This document shows, piece after piece, positions 28,000 through 39,021 of a DNA stretch of 64,000 nucleotides; the first letter of the stretch is position 1; every line of letters starts with the position of its first letter. The notes under the pieces were generated by a model. The model was not told the origin of the DNA. It saw only the letters and a program-made list of their open reading frames with translations, and made no database searches. The translations under genes were made by a program, and so were the position numbers. The stretch is from Bacteroidales bacterium (GTDB lineage Bacteria; Bacteroidota; Bacteroidia; Bacteroidales; JAAYJT01), in the NCBI GenBank assembly GCA_012522795.1, contig JAAYJT010000014.1:1796-65795 (forward strand). The letters run 5' to 3'.

Positions 28000-30159
28000 T
28001 TATTCAATAATATTCATTTCATCAAGAAGATAACCTGCTCCGGCAAACTTATCAACAATGAAAAGGCAATATTTAATATCGAGTGAGATATTACGGCAGA
28101 TTTTCGGGTCATACATCAGATCGCTCATAGTTCCTTCCCAGTTCCTGTCGAAGTTTATACCCACAAGCTGTCCGTCTGCATTGAGTACCGGGCTGCCTGA
28201 GTTTCCTCCGGTAGTATGGTTCGAAGCAATAAAACAAATCCTGAGATCTCCGTTTTTGTCGGCATAGCGCCCATAATCACGATTGCGGTATAATTCTTTC
28301 AATTTATCTTCAACCACATAATCATAAATATCAGGATCTTCTTTTTCCATGATGCCTTCAATGGTTGTATAATGTTGATAATGAACGGCATTCATTGGAA
28401 TATAATCGTCAATTTTTCCGTAAGCTACCCGTAATGTAAAATTGGCATCAGGATAAAAACGATGATTTGGCTTCATTTCCCTTAAACCCTGAACATAAAT
28501 GCGTTGCAGGCTATCGAGGTTGTTTTCGTATGTCTCAGTCTGAAGATTTATATAAGAATTTAGATGAGTGACCAATCCATTGGCAAGCCTGTAAACCGGA
28601 TCCTTACTTATTTTTTTGTGATCTTTTGGCTTATAATTATTTAATAATGAGTTCAAACGACTCTGACTTGTAAAGTACGATTTTTCGAACACATGCTTGC
28701 TGAAAGCCTCAAAACTTCCTTTATATTTTCTGTAAATATCTGAAAGGATTGGTGGCCTGTAGTCTTTATCGAGTTCTGAATAATAGATCTGAAGTAACTC
28801 AGTCATTACTTTCTGGTCAATTGCGGTATTATAATTATTAAAGAAAACCTCAGCCGACTTTGAGAGTTCCTCAAGCGACTTATTAATCTGTTCTTCAGAA
28901 GTTTTCCAGTTTAAGCTTAATTTTTCCAGTCTTATAAATTGTATTGCAAACCTGACGGCTTCAATACCAAGGCCGGCTTCAAAAAGGTAGGTTCTGGAAA
29001 GGTTTAAAGGAATATAATGCTGATAAATTTCTTCAAAAGCCGGGAACAGACCTCCATATTTTGTTTTATAATTCGGGTTTGTATTTGTCCATGCTAAAAA
29101 CTCCTGTTCACGTTCCCTTTTAATATCAATTGAATTCATGCGTTTAATTCCGCGGTTCTCGCCTATCATTTTCTTCCATCCGTTCGCTATATTAGCATGT
29201 TTATCAGCGTATTGCAGACGAACATGAGCGTCATTACCGGTAAATGAATTAATTATATCGAGGCGGCGTTCGCGTAATTTTATAGCCACGGGGTTAGTAA
29301 CATTTACAATGCCGTCAACAGCTATGGCAGGAAGATATTGCTGAGTACGACCCGGATAACCAAAAACAAAGGTGAAATCATCCTTTTCTACTCCTTTCAG
29401 TGAGATAGGAAGAAAATATTTTGGTTTATAGGGAATGTTATCCAGCGAATAATCGGCAGGTTTATTATCTTTTCCTACATAAACACGAAACAACGAGAAA
29501 TCGCCGGTATGCCTGGGCCACATCCAGTTATCAGTGTCACCCCCAAATTTACCTATATTTGAAGGAGGAGCTCCTACAAGTCTTACATCGCGAAAAGTTT
29601 CGGTATAAAACATGTAATATTCCTTGCCGTAATAAAAAGGTTTGATCTGTACATCGTAGCCACTGGAATCGGCAGCATGTTTTTCAATAGCCTTGATATT
29701 CTCATTAATAATTGCCTTGCGTTTAAATTCAGAAATATCATCACTAACGCCTTCAAGAACCCGTTGGGTTACATCTTCCATTTTAATCATTAGTGTTACA
29801 GTAAGACCCGGACTTGGTAATTCCTCATTGCGGTTCATAGCCCAGAAACCATTGGTAAGATAATCGTTTTCAATTGAGCTTAAACGCTGTATTGAGCCAA
29901 ACCCGCAATGATGATTTGTTAGGATTAGCCCTTCAGATGAAATGATCTCGGCAGTACAACCCCGCCCAAAAATTAATATGGCATCTTTCAGGCTACTGTG
30001 ATTTACTGAATAAATATCTTCAGCCGTGAGCCTTAATCCCATTTGCTGCATTTCCTTTTCGTTAAGCTGCTGTAACAGAATAGGAAGCCACATACCTTCA
30101 ATTGCTGAAAGGCGCAGCGTTAGTATCAGTAAGCCAAAAATAAAACTGAGTTTTTTCAT
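28000..30159 (-). CDS. S46 family dipeptidyl-peptidase (DPP7/DPP11-like)
   Basis: 719 aa with a signal peptide, an N-terminal EGMWLP motif, LILTNHHCG (catalytic His) and GGNSGSPV (catalytic Ser). Confidence 0.9.
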   Translation of the reverse strand: MKKLSFIFGLLILTLRLSAIEGMWLPILLQQLNEKEMQQMGLRLTAEDIYSVNHSSLKDAILIFGRGCTAEIISSEGLILTNHHCGFGSIQRLSSIENDYLTNGFWAMNRNEELPSPGLTVTLMIKMEDVTQRVLEGVSDDISEFKRKAIINENIKAIEKHAADSSGYDVQIKPFYYGKEYYMFYTETFRDVRLVGAPPSNIGKFGGDTDNWMWPRHTGDFSLFRVYVGKDNKPADYSLDNIPYKPKYFLPISLKGVEKDDFTFVFGYPGRTQQYLPAIAVDGIVNVTNPVAIKLRERRLDIINSFTGNDAHVRLQYADKHANIANGWKKMIGENRGIKRMNSIDIKREREQEFLAWTNTNPNYKTKYGGLFPAFEEIYQHYIPLNLSRTYLFEAGLGIEAVRFAIQFIRLEKLSLNWKTSEEQINKSLEELSKSAEVFFNNYNTAIDQKVMTELLQIYYSELDKDYRPPILSDIYRKYKGSFEAFSKHVFEKSYFTSQSRLNSLLNNYKPKDHKKISKDPVYRLANGLVTHLNSYINLQTETYENNLDSLQRIYVQGLREMKPNHRFYPDANFTLRVAYGKIDDYIPMNAVHYQHYTTIEGIMEKEDPDIYDYVVEDKLKELYRNRDYGRYADKNGDLRICFIASNHTTGGNSGSPVLNADGQLVGINFDRNWEGTMSDLMYDPKICRNISLDIKYCLFIVDKFAGAGYLLDEMNIIE

Positions 30160-30323
30160 AATATAGTTGTTTTATGATGAGTATAATTCAATTTAAAATG
30201 ATTTTTAAGCATCCTTAAAAGTCTTTTATTCTTTTCCGGGCATAATTACCCGTGCCGATGGAACATCAGGGAAAACAGAATATTCCGCCAGTGTTGGCTG
30301 AGGCAAGTTAATGTTTTGTTGAG

Positions 30324-30701
30324 CTATTTGCAGGCAATAGTTTCAATTTCAACAAGGACTCCCATAGGTAGTTTTACCACAGCATATGCTGCCCGCGCCG
30401 GTTGTTCGTGCTGGTAAAACGAACCATAAACTTCATTCATGGCTGTAAAATCGTCCATAGTACTTAATAAACAGGTTGATTTCACCACATTCTTAAAATC
30501 GTAACCGGCAGCTTTCAAGATAGCACCTATGTTTTTTAAAACCTGCTGTGTTTGTTCTTTAATGCCACCTTCAACAATTTTGCCTGTAGCCGGATCAATA
30601 GGGATCTGACCGGAAATAAAAAGCATACCATTAAATTCAATAGCCTGGCTGTAAGGTCCTATGGCTTTGGGTGCATCAGGAGTGCTGATTACTTTTTTCA
30701 T
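30324..30701 (-). CDS. ridA: RidA family reactive-intermediate (enamine/imine) deaminase
   Basis: 125 aa with [20 protein letters not shown] and [19 protein letters not shown] blocks. Confidence 0.9.
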   Translation of the reverse strand: MKKVISTPDAPKAIGPYSQAIEFNGMLFISGQIPIDPATGKIVEGGIKEQTQQVLKNIGAILKAAGYDFKNVVKSTCLLSTMDDFTAMNEVYGSFYQHEQPARAAYAVVKLPMGVLVEIETIACK

Positions 30702-30755
30702 ATCTGTGTATTTTAGTTAGGTTATAATTATTTGGTTAAAATTTTACTTACGTAT

Positions 30756-32234
30756 TTATGATCCGGGTTTAACTTCGGGTTCCCTTACAAAAATCCAGAA
30801 AAATACTGAAACAGTAACGAAAATCCCACATAAAATATAGAGCAACTGATAATTTCCGGTTTGTTTTATTACATGAGCTACCCCGTTACTCATCATCTGC
30901 GGCAATACTACCGCAAGATTGAATACTCCCATGAAAAGCCCCATTTTTGCAGGGTTCACACGTTCGCTCATAATGGCAAAAACAATTGATATCACAGCCG
31001 ACCAGCCTATACCAGTAAGTAACATTCCCAGATAAAAATCTGTTTCGACAGTACCGAGGAAAGCTATGTAGAAATATCCGATCGCAGAAAATGAAAGCGC
31101 ATAGATATAAGTTCTGACCCTTCCGATTTTTTGGGCAATTTCCTGTAAAACAATGGGGAACAAGGCACCGACAAAATTTAATATCAGGAATCCAAGCGAA
31201 AGTATGTTCCCAATTGAAGAATCGGCAGTTTGAGCAACACCGGTGAGTTTTTCGGCAAACCAGTTAGCTATAATACCCGATATTTCAATGTTTGGTAGAA
31301 TACGGTTCTCAATGAAAAAGCCTGACATTATAAACATGCTTTGAAATGCAACCCATGTGAAGGAATGAGCAAGCATGATCTTGTGGAACTCATTGTTGTT
31401 CGATGGTTTTTTGTAACCTTTCAAAATGATGTAAATGCCAATAATCACCGAGTAAACCAGTGCTGCTATCAGTAAGGCATTGTGAACAGGGGTCAGGCTG
31501 TCGAAAAAATGATTGAAAACGCTGTAAACACCGAATACAAGGAATCCATAGAGTGGAAAGATCTCTTTGATGATCTGAAGCAAACCATATTTTTCTTCTT
31601 TTACATTTTGAGCCGATTTTAGGTCTCTGGTTTCTTCTATCAGCAAAACAGGAAAAACTGCCATGATAAATACCAGTACAGCAGCTATATACAGAAGCTT
31701 TTCGTTGCCGAAAACCATACTAAGAAAATAGGCAAAAACTCCGAAAAAGCCTGATATTATCTGCATCCACACATAACCTGCCGTCCTTTGTTTACCTTCG
31801 GCGGTAATGTCGGCAATGAGTGAACGTGCAGGATTGAACGTAACATTCACAGATAAATCGAGAAAAAGGGCTATAACTGAGGCTATAATTGTAATATCGC
31901 TGATACCTGTAATCCTTGAAATACCCTGAATATGGGGTAGCATAAGAAAAGCGACAGTACTTACTATTCCACCTATTATGATGAAGGGCCGGCGGCGGCC
32001 TCCCATAAACCAGACATTGTCACTGATGAGTCCTACAATAACCTGCCCGAAAATACCCGCTACCGGACCGGCAAGCCAGACAAAGGCAACTTCATGAATT
32101 TCAAGACCGTATTTTTTTGATAGGATCCAGCTTAATGCTGCTATCTGAGTTGAAAGTGCAAACCCGACAGCGGTAGCAGGAAGAGCAAGTATGGCGTAAA
32201 AGAAATTTGTGAGTTTTTTCTGAAAGTCGAACAT
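30756..32234 (-). CDS. MFS transporter (GPH/SLC45-like sugar:cation symporter type)
   Basis: 492-aa protein with ~12 TM segments and an RRRPFI motif after TM2. Confidence 0.75.
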   Translation of the reverse strand: MFDFQKKLTNFFYAILALPATAVGFALSTQIAALSWILSKKYGLEIHEVAFVWLAGPVAGIFGQVIVGLISDNVWFMGGRRRPFIIIGGIVSTVAFLMLPHIQGISRITGISDITIIASVIALFLDLSVNVTFNPARSLIADITAEGKQRTAGYVWMQIISGFFGVFAYFLSMVFGNEKLLYIAAVLVFIMAVFPVLLIEETRDLKSAQNVKEEKYGLLQIIKEIFPLYGFLVFGVYSVFNHFFDSLTPVHNALLIAALVYSVIIGIYIILKGYKKPSNNNEFHKIMLAHSFTWVAFQSMFIMSGFFIENRILPNIEISGIIANWFAEKLTGVAQTADSSIGNILSLGFLILNFVGALFPIVLQEIAQKIGRVRTYIYALSFSAIGYFYIAFLGTVETDFYLGMLLTGIGWSAVISIVFAIMSERVNPAKMGLFMGVFNLAVVLPQMMSNGVAHVIKQTGNYQLLYILCGIFVTVSVFFWIFVREPEVKPGS

Positions 32235-32600
32235 AGTCAGACTGTTATGAGTTTTAGGATGGTTTAGTTAAAGCTGTGAATTTTTAGAAGTCTCAAAATT
32301 AAAGTATTTCAGGATACTACAAGTCCTTAAATTGAAAATGTTTGAGGTGACACAACTATTGATTGCGGGATATTTTCCTATGAGAAGATGGTTGTTAAAA
32401 TTCAGGGGCTTTAATTTGCCGAGATCCGGCTGCAAGAAAAAGCTTCATCATCAGGTTTTATACCGGGATTATAGAGATGAATTGATACTTTTATTCATAT
32501 TGAAAGTTGAATCTCACAGCCATTTGTTTTGCAAAGGACATGTTTTTTCAATAATCCGAAAAAAGGGGCATTGATTGAGTTTTCAGATCACAAATGGAAT

Positions 32601-32632
32601 TGAAAATAGATCCGGCATTCTCACCGGATCTA
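32601..32632 (-). terminator. Rho-independent terminator downstream of the dockerin protein gene
   Basis: A 9-bp TAGATCCGG/CCGGATCTA stem (32607-32615 and 32624-32632) is followed on the minus strand by TTTTCA. Confidence 0.55.
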
Positions 32633-32708
32633 TCCGCAATTCTTTGAATAAGCAGTTAGTAAACGGTTCATACAGTGAAGATAAGCCAAGAACAGGAATT
32701 GAGTTCAG

Positions 32709-35483
32709 CTAACTGCCATTCATGATAATGCTCACTAAACCAATTATATCAAGCAAATCCACAATGCCGTTCCCGGTTACATCTGCATTATCAAAGCAGA
32801 ATGGCTGAGGATTGTTACCTAATATATAATTAGAAATAGTAATTGCATCCAAAATATCAACAACACCATCGCAGTTGGCATCGCCCAGTAGGCTCGAAAC
32901 TGCCGTACCTCCTGATAGACATACTACTTCTCCGTTTCTGCCTCCCACTACTACTTCCCAAGAATTATCACCTGTAACATCGGGTATGACGTTCAGAGCA
33001 TCAACAGCACTTGGGAAGCTCCTTGAAAAAAGTTCGGTTCCGTCAACAGCATCAAAATAATACACTTTATTGTTCTGGAAAAGTGTTCCTAGCACTATAT
33101 CAGCCTTACCATCGCCGGTGATATCCGGAATACGTGCTATATTCCAGGGTTTATCGGGTAATATCTGTGTCCATAAAGGTTGAGCATTTTGCCCGTTGAA
33201 AACCTGAACTGCAGTTCCACTGTTTGCTACAACAAAATCAACAAATCCGTCACCGTTCACATCGTCAAGCACCTGAATATCAAGGATAATATTGTTTCCG
33301 GCACTACCCTGAGCAAGTACAGTACCATTTACAGGATCCATGATATAGATAAAGCCATTGAATGAACCAGCTACAATTTCAGATATGCCATCGTTATTTA
33401 TATCACTTATCTGAGCCAGAGCATATCCTGATGATCCAGAAGTAGTATAATTCCACATTTGACTTCCGTTTGCACCGTTAATCCCGTACACCCTGCCCTG
33501 TGCCTGAGTAGCATTTGTTCCGGCTGCTACTACATCAGGAATACCGTCTCCATTAACATCCGGAATTCCAATTACCCGGTACATTGCTCCACCTAATGGA
33601 CATTCCCAGATTGATTGTCCGGTAAGTCCGTTAAGACAGTATACTCTGCGAGGACCCTGATTGTTGCCATCGTCTCCAGCGCAAGCCAATACATCGGGAA
33701 AGCCATCGCCATTATAATCGTATTCGGCAAACACCTGATAAACCCAGCCGCCTGAACCATAAGCGTTGGTTTGCTTTTTCCATAATACCTCTCCTGTTTT
33801 TCCGCTTAGTGCAATAATTGAACGGTCGCTGCCGGTGGTTCCTACCACCACATCTTTATAACCATCATTATTGATATCGTTAATTAATGTTACTGATTGC
33901 CGGTTATAGATATTGCCTGAATAAATATGTCTTTCCCATAATATATCTCCTGTACCCGATGCATTTCCATTAAAGCACCTTACATAATTATCTTCTGAAC
34001 ATACAATAACATCAGCTTTGCCATCACCATTGATATCGGGTATATAATGAATACCTTTAGGGCTGTTGTCATAACTTGTTGTTATAAGATAATTCCATAA
34101 TTCAGTACCAATTGATAAATCTTCGTCAGTACCTGCACCAGTAAGAGTCACAAGGTAAGGGCTTTGTGTTTGATCATTGCTTTCAATGCTTAAGTTTCCG
34201 CTATAACTTACAGCCTGTTTTGGCCAGAACCAGACATTAACAACCAGAGTATCAAGAGGAGCAAGGTTTGCTGGAAAGCCAGCGACTTCGTCAATATAAA
34301 AATCAAGGTTATCGCTTGATATTGATGATATTGTAAGCATAGCATTACCATTATTCTTAACCATCATTTTCCAGTGTTTTGTTGCATTGGTTCTGATTGT
34401 TCCATAATCATGGTTCGAAGAAGGTAGATAAATATTAGGTCCATCTATTACTGCCACTCCGGTTAAAGTAACATTGGTAAGAGGATTCAGAGGGTCGTTT
34501 GATGAAATTTGAATAGTGCCGTTTAGAGGTCCTGCAGTTAATGGTTGATAGGTTAATGGAATAGTCACCGATTGTCCGGCAGGAAGCGAGATTGGAAAAG
34601 TTGCTGAAGTGCTGACCGGGAAATCATGAGGGAAAATTATTTCATCAATTACAAGTGGTGCTGTGCCAACACTTTGAACCGGCATGTCCCATGTAACTGA
34701 ATTTCCTACCGTTACATTGCCATAATTGAATGAGTTTGAAGGAAGGGCAATGGCAGGAGTACCTGTTCCGCCAAGGTCTACTTTGTAAAGCGTACTATTT
34801 GCACTTAAAGGTCCAGCAATATACCACAGGTAAGTTCCGTCAAAAGTGATTCCTGCAGGTCGCTGAGTTTCAGAAGGATGACTTTCAAGTACCACCCCTG
34901 TATCATCTACTTTATATATCATATATGCGTTATAATCCACGATCCAGAGATCATCACCCTGTTTGCATATATCCCAGGTCTGATTGTTGGGTGGAAGAAA
35001 TTGGAATAAAACGGCACCTGTATTATCCACTTTATGTATCCATCCCGGGTCAGGATGATAGGTTCCAACCCAGAAATTACCATTATCGTACTCAATACCT
35101 GACATGTATTGATTTGGTAATGTGAACTGGGAAAGAATAGCACCGCTTAAACTAAGCTGTAGGGCATAGGATGGACCTGTTGTACCACGGTCAATTATCC
35201 ACAGCGATTGCCCATCCCAGGTCATACCATAGGAATCGCCAATTGTTGGATTAGTAAATAATAATTCAGCAGTGCCACTGACAGGATCAAAACGATAAAC
35301 CCTGTCGCCATTGGCTCCATAGATTCCATAATACAGATACGTCCCATCCGAAGCAAGCCCCGAAGCTTTTCCGGGAACCGTATAGGTTTGAAGGATGGTC
35401 CAATCGCGTGATTTTTCCTGGCTCATAACATTAAATGTTAATGTGAGCATGGCTAATGCAGAGAGTAAAATAATTTTTCTCAT
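32709..35483 (-). CDS. Large secreted beta-propeller / Ig-like / FG-GAP(VCBS)-repeat protein with a C-terminal type I dockerin
   Basis: 924 aa with a signal peptide and N-terminal propeller-like repeats (DGTYLYY, DGQSLWIID, GDDLWIVD, DGTYLWYI). Two Ig-like choice-of-anchor-D-like modules follow (NYGNVTVGNS.., ISSNDPLNP..VTLTG). Many DINGDGKADV / DVNGDGIPDV repeats are present. The C-terminus GDANCDGVVDILDAITISNYILG...ADVTGNGIVDLLDIIGLVSII is a duplicated dockerin Ca-binding motif. Confidence 0.75.
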   Translation of the reverse strand: MRKIILLSALAMLTLTFNVMSQEKSRDWTILQTYTVPGKASGLASDGTYLYYGIYGANGDRVYRFDPVSGTAELLFTNPTIGDSYGMTWDGQSLWIIDRGTTGPSYALQLSLSGAILSQFTLPNQYMSGIEYDNGNFWVGTYHPDPGWIHKVDNTGAVLFQFLPPNNQTWDICKQGDDLWIVDYNAYMIYKVDDTGVVLESHPSETQRPAGITFDGTYLWYIAGPLSANSTLYKVDLGGTGTPAIALPSNSFNYGNVTVGNSVTWDMPVQSVGTAPLVIDEIIFPHDFPVSTSATFPISLPAGQSVTIPLTYQPLTAGPLNGTIQISSNDPLNPLTNVTLTGVAVIDGPNIYLPSSNHDYGTIRTNATKHWKMMVKNNGNAMLTISSISSDNLDFYIDEVAGFPANLAPLDTLVVNVWFWPKQAVSYSGNLSIESNDQTQSPYLVTLTGAGTDEDLSIGTELWNYLITTSYDNSPKGIHYIPDINGDGKADVIVCSEDNYVRCFNGNASGTGDILWERHIYSGNIYNRQSVTLINDINNDGYKDVVVGTTGSDRSIIALSGKTGEVLWKKQTNAYGSGGWVYQVFAEYDYNGDGFPDVLACAGDDGNNQGPRRVYCLNGLTGQSIWECPLGGAMYRVIGIPDVNGDGIPDVVAAGTNATQAQGRVYGINGANGSQMWNYTTSGSSGYALAQISDINNDGISEIVAGSFNGFIYIMDPVNGTVLAQGSAGNNIILDIQVLDDVNGDGFVDFVVANSGTAVQVFNGQNAQPLWTQILPDKPWNIARIPDITGDGKADIVLGTLFQNNKVYYFDAVDGTELFSRSFPSAVDALNVIPDVTGDNSWEVVVGGRNGEVVCLSGGTAVSSLLGDANCDGVVDILDAITISNYILGNNPQPFCFDNADVTGNGIVDLLDIIGLVSIIMNGS

Positions 35484-35690
35484 AACTTTAATAATTTGGT
35501 GAAATGATTGATTTACTGTTGGTTATATGAGTAATATCAGTAAAACATGAATTAACAGGCAGTAAAATTAATAATTTTGAATGCAAAAACCTCTTTTGAA
35601 AATGAAAAACTTACAGAAAATGTTATAGAATATTAAGTATGGCTTGAAAATCAGCTAATTGTATAGAAAAAATGTTTTATTGAATATTTG

Positions 35691-35731
35691 CATAAAAATA
35701 AGATCATTCCAAACCCGGGAATGATCTTATT
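35691..35731 (-). terminator. Rho-independent terminator downstream of the 35855..36253 gene
   Basis: A 14-bp perfect stem (35697-35710 and 35718-35731, AATAAGATCATTCC/GGAATGATCTTATT) is followed on the minus strand by TTTAT. Confidence 0.6.
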
Positions 35732-35854
35732 GTATATCTATAAAAAATTAAACGGCTATATAAATATTACACATTTTATTTAACCGCTGCATATGTTGCT
35801 GAATTAATTCAGCAATTACTAAGTTATATTGAAGAAAATAATCGTTGTTTGATA

Positions 35855-36253
35855 TTAAAATTTATCAGTTCTGAATAATTCGAAATTACTCGGTTCAACA
35901 ATATTACCATAGTCTTCGGCGGTAATGAATAACTGAACCGGTTTAAAGGGTATGGAAGTTTTCATGCTTCCCGACATTGATTTGCTAATAGCCAAACGAC
36001 CAATATTTACATTTTCTGCTTCCTGGGTTAGTGCCCAAACAACGTACTGATTTTTTGGAGGTGAGAGTCTTTCAGGCTTTGCTAAATGTTTTACAGTGAG
36101 GCTGATTTGATAATTATCATTTTTATCAACATTAATTTTTGCAACTCCATCGGCTGCAGGAACAATCTTTGATATTGGAAATTTAACCGAAGTTGAACAA
36201 GAACCTAATGCTACCAATAGTAACATAACGAAAAAAGTACGTAAAGTCTTCAT
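35855..36253 (-). CDS. Hypothetical lipoprotein
   Basis: 132 aa with a lipobox (LVALGSCST). I do not recognise a family. Confidence 0.6.
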   Translation of the reverse strand: MKTLRTFFVMLLLVALGSCSTSVKFPISKIVPAADGVAKINVDKNDNYQISLTVKHLAKPERLSPPKNQYVVWALTQEAENVNIGRLAISKSMSGSMKTSIPFKPVQLFITAEDYGNIVEPSNFELFRTDKF

Positions 36254-36430
36254 TTTGGAAATATTTAGTTAATTATTAATTTTCTGCAAAAATCCGAAAT
36301 AAAACGATGTAAAAATCATTTGATAATTATTTTTATACCTAATTCCTGAATTCATATAAGAATAACGATTTTTATGGTTTTATACAAAAAATTACATTTG
36401 CCCGAACACCATGAAATCCCAATGATTTTT

Positions 36431-36438
36431 TAACTTTG
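36431..36438 (+). promoter_or_regulatory. Bacteroidota -7 promoter motif (TAnnTTTG) upstream of pdxJ
   Basis: TAACTTTG lies 17 nt upstream of the ATG at 36455. Motif match only. Confidence 0.3.
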
Positions 36439-36454
36439 TAACAAAATTTACAAT

Positions 36455-37171
36455 ATGACCAGATTAAGTGTAAATATCAATAAAATTGCCACGTTGCGAA
36501 ATGCACGAGGCGGTAATGTTCCTGATGTAATTGCCTCTGCAATAAATATTGAGCGTTATGGTGCTCAAGGTATTACGGTTCATCCGCGTCCTGATGAAAG
36601 ACATATTCGCCGAAACGATGTATATGAACTCAAAAAAGTGGTTACCACCGAATTCAATATTGAAGGATATCCTTCTGAAGATTTTATCAGGATGGTTATT
36701 GAAGTAAAACCGCATCAGGTTACTCTTGTACCCGATCCGCCTGATGTGTTGACTTCAAATGCAGGCTGGAACACAATCCGGCACCAGGAGTTTCTGAAAA
36801 AAGTAGTAGCCAGATTTCAGGATGCCGATATTCGTACTTCGCTGTTCATTGAAACTGACTCGGAACTGATATTCAAAGCTGCTGAAACAGGAACAAACAG
36901 GGTTGAACTTTATACTGAGCCTTATGCAGCAAATTATCACATTGATCGCGAAAAAGCAATTCATCCGTTTGTGGTGGCTGCCGAAGCTGCTGCAAAAGCT
37001 GGTTTGGGACTTAATGCCGGGCATGATCTGAGTCTAGATAATCTGAGGTATTTTGCTCAAAATGTTCCAAACCTCCTCGAAGTATCAATAGGACATGCAC
37101 TTATTTCTGATGCCTTATATCTGGGTTTGCAAAATACAGTACAGATGTATCTTGAAAAGATAAGATACTAA
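36455..37171 (+). CDS. pdxJ: Pyridoxine 5'-phosphate synthase
   Basis: 238 aa with [27 protein letters not shown] and NAGHDL blocks. Confidence 0.95.
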   Translation: MTRLSVNINKIATLRNARGGNVPDVIASAINIERYGAQGITVHPRPDERHIRRNDVYELKKVVTTEFNIEGYPSEDFIRMVIEVKPHQVTLVPDPPDVLTSNAGWNTIRHQEFLKKVVARFQDADIRTSLFIETDSELIFKAAETGTNRVELYTEPYAANYHIDREKAIHPFVVAAEAAAKAGLGLNAGHDLSLDNLRYFAQNVPNLLEVSIGHALISDALYLGLQNTVQMYLEKIRY

Positions 37172-37210
37172 AAGGAATGTGGAGCCTCATTACGGGATTT
37201 ACATCCGCTT

Positions 37211-38020
37211 ATGCAACAATATTTTAAAATTTTAAGAATGCAATTATTTTTCAGAAAATATGGAGCCGGAGAGCCGGTTATAATCCTTCATGGTTTATTT
37301 GGTATTTCCGATAACTGGATCACACATGCCAAAAGGCTTGCTGAAAAATTTGAAGTGTTTGTTCCCGACCTGCGCAACCATGGACAATCGCCTCATAGTC
37401 ATGTTTTTAATTATCAGGTTTTGGTTGAAGATCTTTTGGAATACATGCAGGAACAACAGCTTGAAAAGGCGATTATTATAGGTCACAGCATGGGTGGCAA
37501 GGTAGCTATGAATTTTGCACTGGTATATCCGTATATGATCAATAAACTTGTGGTTATTGATATAAGTCCGAGGGCATATCCTGTAAGGCAAATCCATAAC
37601 GATATAATACAGGCAATGGAATCAGTAAATTTTGATGAAGTTGATTACCGTCAGGATGTTGAGGAAAAGCTGAAATCAAAAATACCATCGGAGAGGCTAC
37701 GCCTGTTTATTATGAAAAATCTTTATCGTGTGAACCGGGGACGCCTTGGATGGCGTATCAATCTGAAAGATCTGGCTGATAATATGGATTCAATTACTGA
37801 CTCATTATTGTATGACAGCATGTTCCCGGGACAAACCTTATTCATTCGCGGTTCGGAATCCGATTATATTACTGAAGATGATGAAGATCTTATTCTTGAT
37901 TATTTTCCAAATGCCTATATCGAAACAATTGAAGGGGCGAGCCACTGGGTTCACGCTGATGCACCTGATGAACTTTGTAAACTACTCACAAGCTTTTTGG
38001 GGAAAGAATGCGTTTTATAA
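37211..38020 (+). CDS. Alpha/beta hydrolase
   Basis: The nucleophile elbow GHSMGG and the HG oxyanion block (VIILHGLFG) are present. The true start may be the Met at 37238. Confidence 0.8.
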   Translation: MQQYFKILRMQLFFRKYGAGEPVIILHGLFGISDNWITHAKRLAEKFEVFVPDLRNHGQSPHSHVFNYQVLVEDLLEYMQEQQLEKAIIIGHSMGGKVAMNFALVYPYMINKLVVIDISPRAYPVRQIHNDIIQAMESVNFDEVDYRQDVEEKLKSKIPSERLRLFIMKNLYRVNRGRLGWRINLKDLADNMDSITDSLLYDSMFPGQTLFIRGSESDYITEDDEDLILDYFPNAYIETIEGASHWVHADAPDELCKLLTSFLGKECVL

Positions 38021-38047
38021 TTAATGAATCTGGTTTATGAAGTATAA

Positions 38048-38794
38048 TTATTGAACCGTAATTTGTTGTTTATCAGTGTTGTGTCTTTCAAAGACTGACA
38101 ATATTATATAAAGAAGCAGGATTGCCGGCGAAGATTGGAATCCTAAGAAAACAACCAGGATAAAAGTCAGAACCAGAAAGATCACTTTGAATTTAATAAA
38201 ATTCCATTTTAACGATTTTGTTTTCAAACCCATTAACGGGAGTTTCGATATCAGCAATATGCTGAGCAATATGGTTAATCCCAGAAGTGCAAAATAATTA
38301 TGAGTGAGGCTGGAAAGTAAATTCGCATAAAGCCCACCGGAATTGTTTTGCAGATAGATAAATGTGAGAGAAGCTATAAACAATGCATTTGCAGGGGTAG
38401 GCAAGCCTTTGAATGAAAAAGTTTGTGAATCATCAATATTAAATTTGGCTAAACGCAATGCTGAGAAAATCGCAATCAGAAAGGCAGGTAAAGCGTTATA
38501 GTTCAATATTTGATTTGCAGGGAAAGGTGAGGAATTGACCATTAACATATATAATATTCCCGAAGGTGCTACTCCAAATGAAACAACATCAGAAAGGGAA
38601 TCGAGCTGTTTGCCGATCTCACTTTTTGCATTTAATAAGCGGGCTGCAGTCCCATCAAAAAAATCAAATATTGAAGCAACAAATATCAATACTGAAGAAT
38701 AAATGTATGATCCATTAAAAATCAACACAATAGCTATGCATCCACTGAAAAGGTTCAACAGTGTCAGTAAATTGGGAATGAATCGTACGACCAT
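38048..38794 (-). CDS. pssA: CDP-diacylglycerol--serine O-phosphatidyltransferase
   Basis: The CDP-alcohol phosphatidyltransferase motif DFFDGTAARLLNAKSEIGKQLDSLSDVVSFG is present in a polytopic membrane protein of 248 aa. Confidence 0.85.
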   Translation of the reverse strand: MVVRFIPNLLTLLNLFSGCIAIVLIFNGSYIYSSVLIFVASIFDFFDGTAARLLNAKSEIGKQLDSLSDVVSFGVAPSGILYMLMVNSSPFPANQILNYNALPAFLIAIFSALRLAKFNIDDSQTFSFKGLPTPANALFIASLTFIYLQNNSGGLYANLLSSLTHNYFALLGLTILLSILLISKLPLMGLKTKSLKWNFIKFKVIFLVLTFILVVFLGFQSSPAILLLYIILSVFERHNTDKQQITVQ

Positions 38795-38933
38795 GCCATC
38801 ATTTTTTTGCGAAAATAACTTTTAATCCTGTATCAGATTATTCTTAGTCTTTTATTTTGTTTGTCATTCAAGAATCAAAATACCTGAAAGATTAAAAAGT
38901 GCTTATTAAAAGCTTTGATTAATAACTTATATA

Positions 38934-38941
38934 TATTTTTG
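38934..38941 (+). promoter_or_regulatory. Candidate -7 promoter motif (TAnnTTTG) for the cytochrome/rhodanese cluster
   Basis: TATTTTTG lies ~80 nt upstream of the ATG at 39022, with a TTTG at 38914-38917 upstream of it. Motif match only. Confidence 0.3.
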
Positions 38942-39021
38942 CATACGTTTTAAGGATTTTATATGAGTGTTAAGATTTAACTAATTGTAATTAAAGTAAT
39001 TAGCAACTTATATTAAGGATT

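Noticed and set aside
32332-32574. 80-aa plus-strand ORF in the intergenic region between the MFS gene and the dockerin protein gene
   Set aside because: Its composition is highly basic and irregular. It sits in a promoter/terminator region and I recognise no family.
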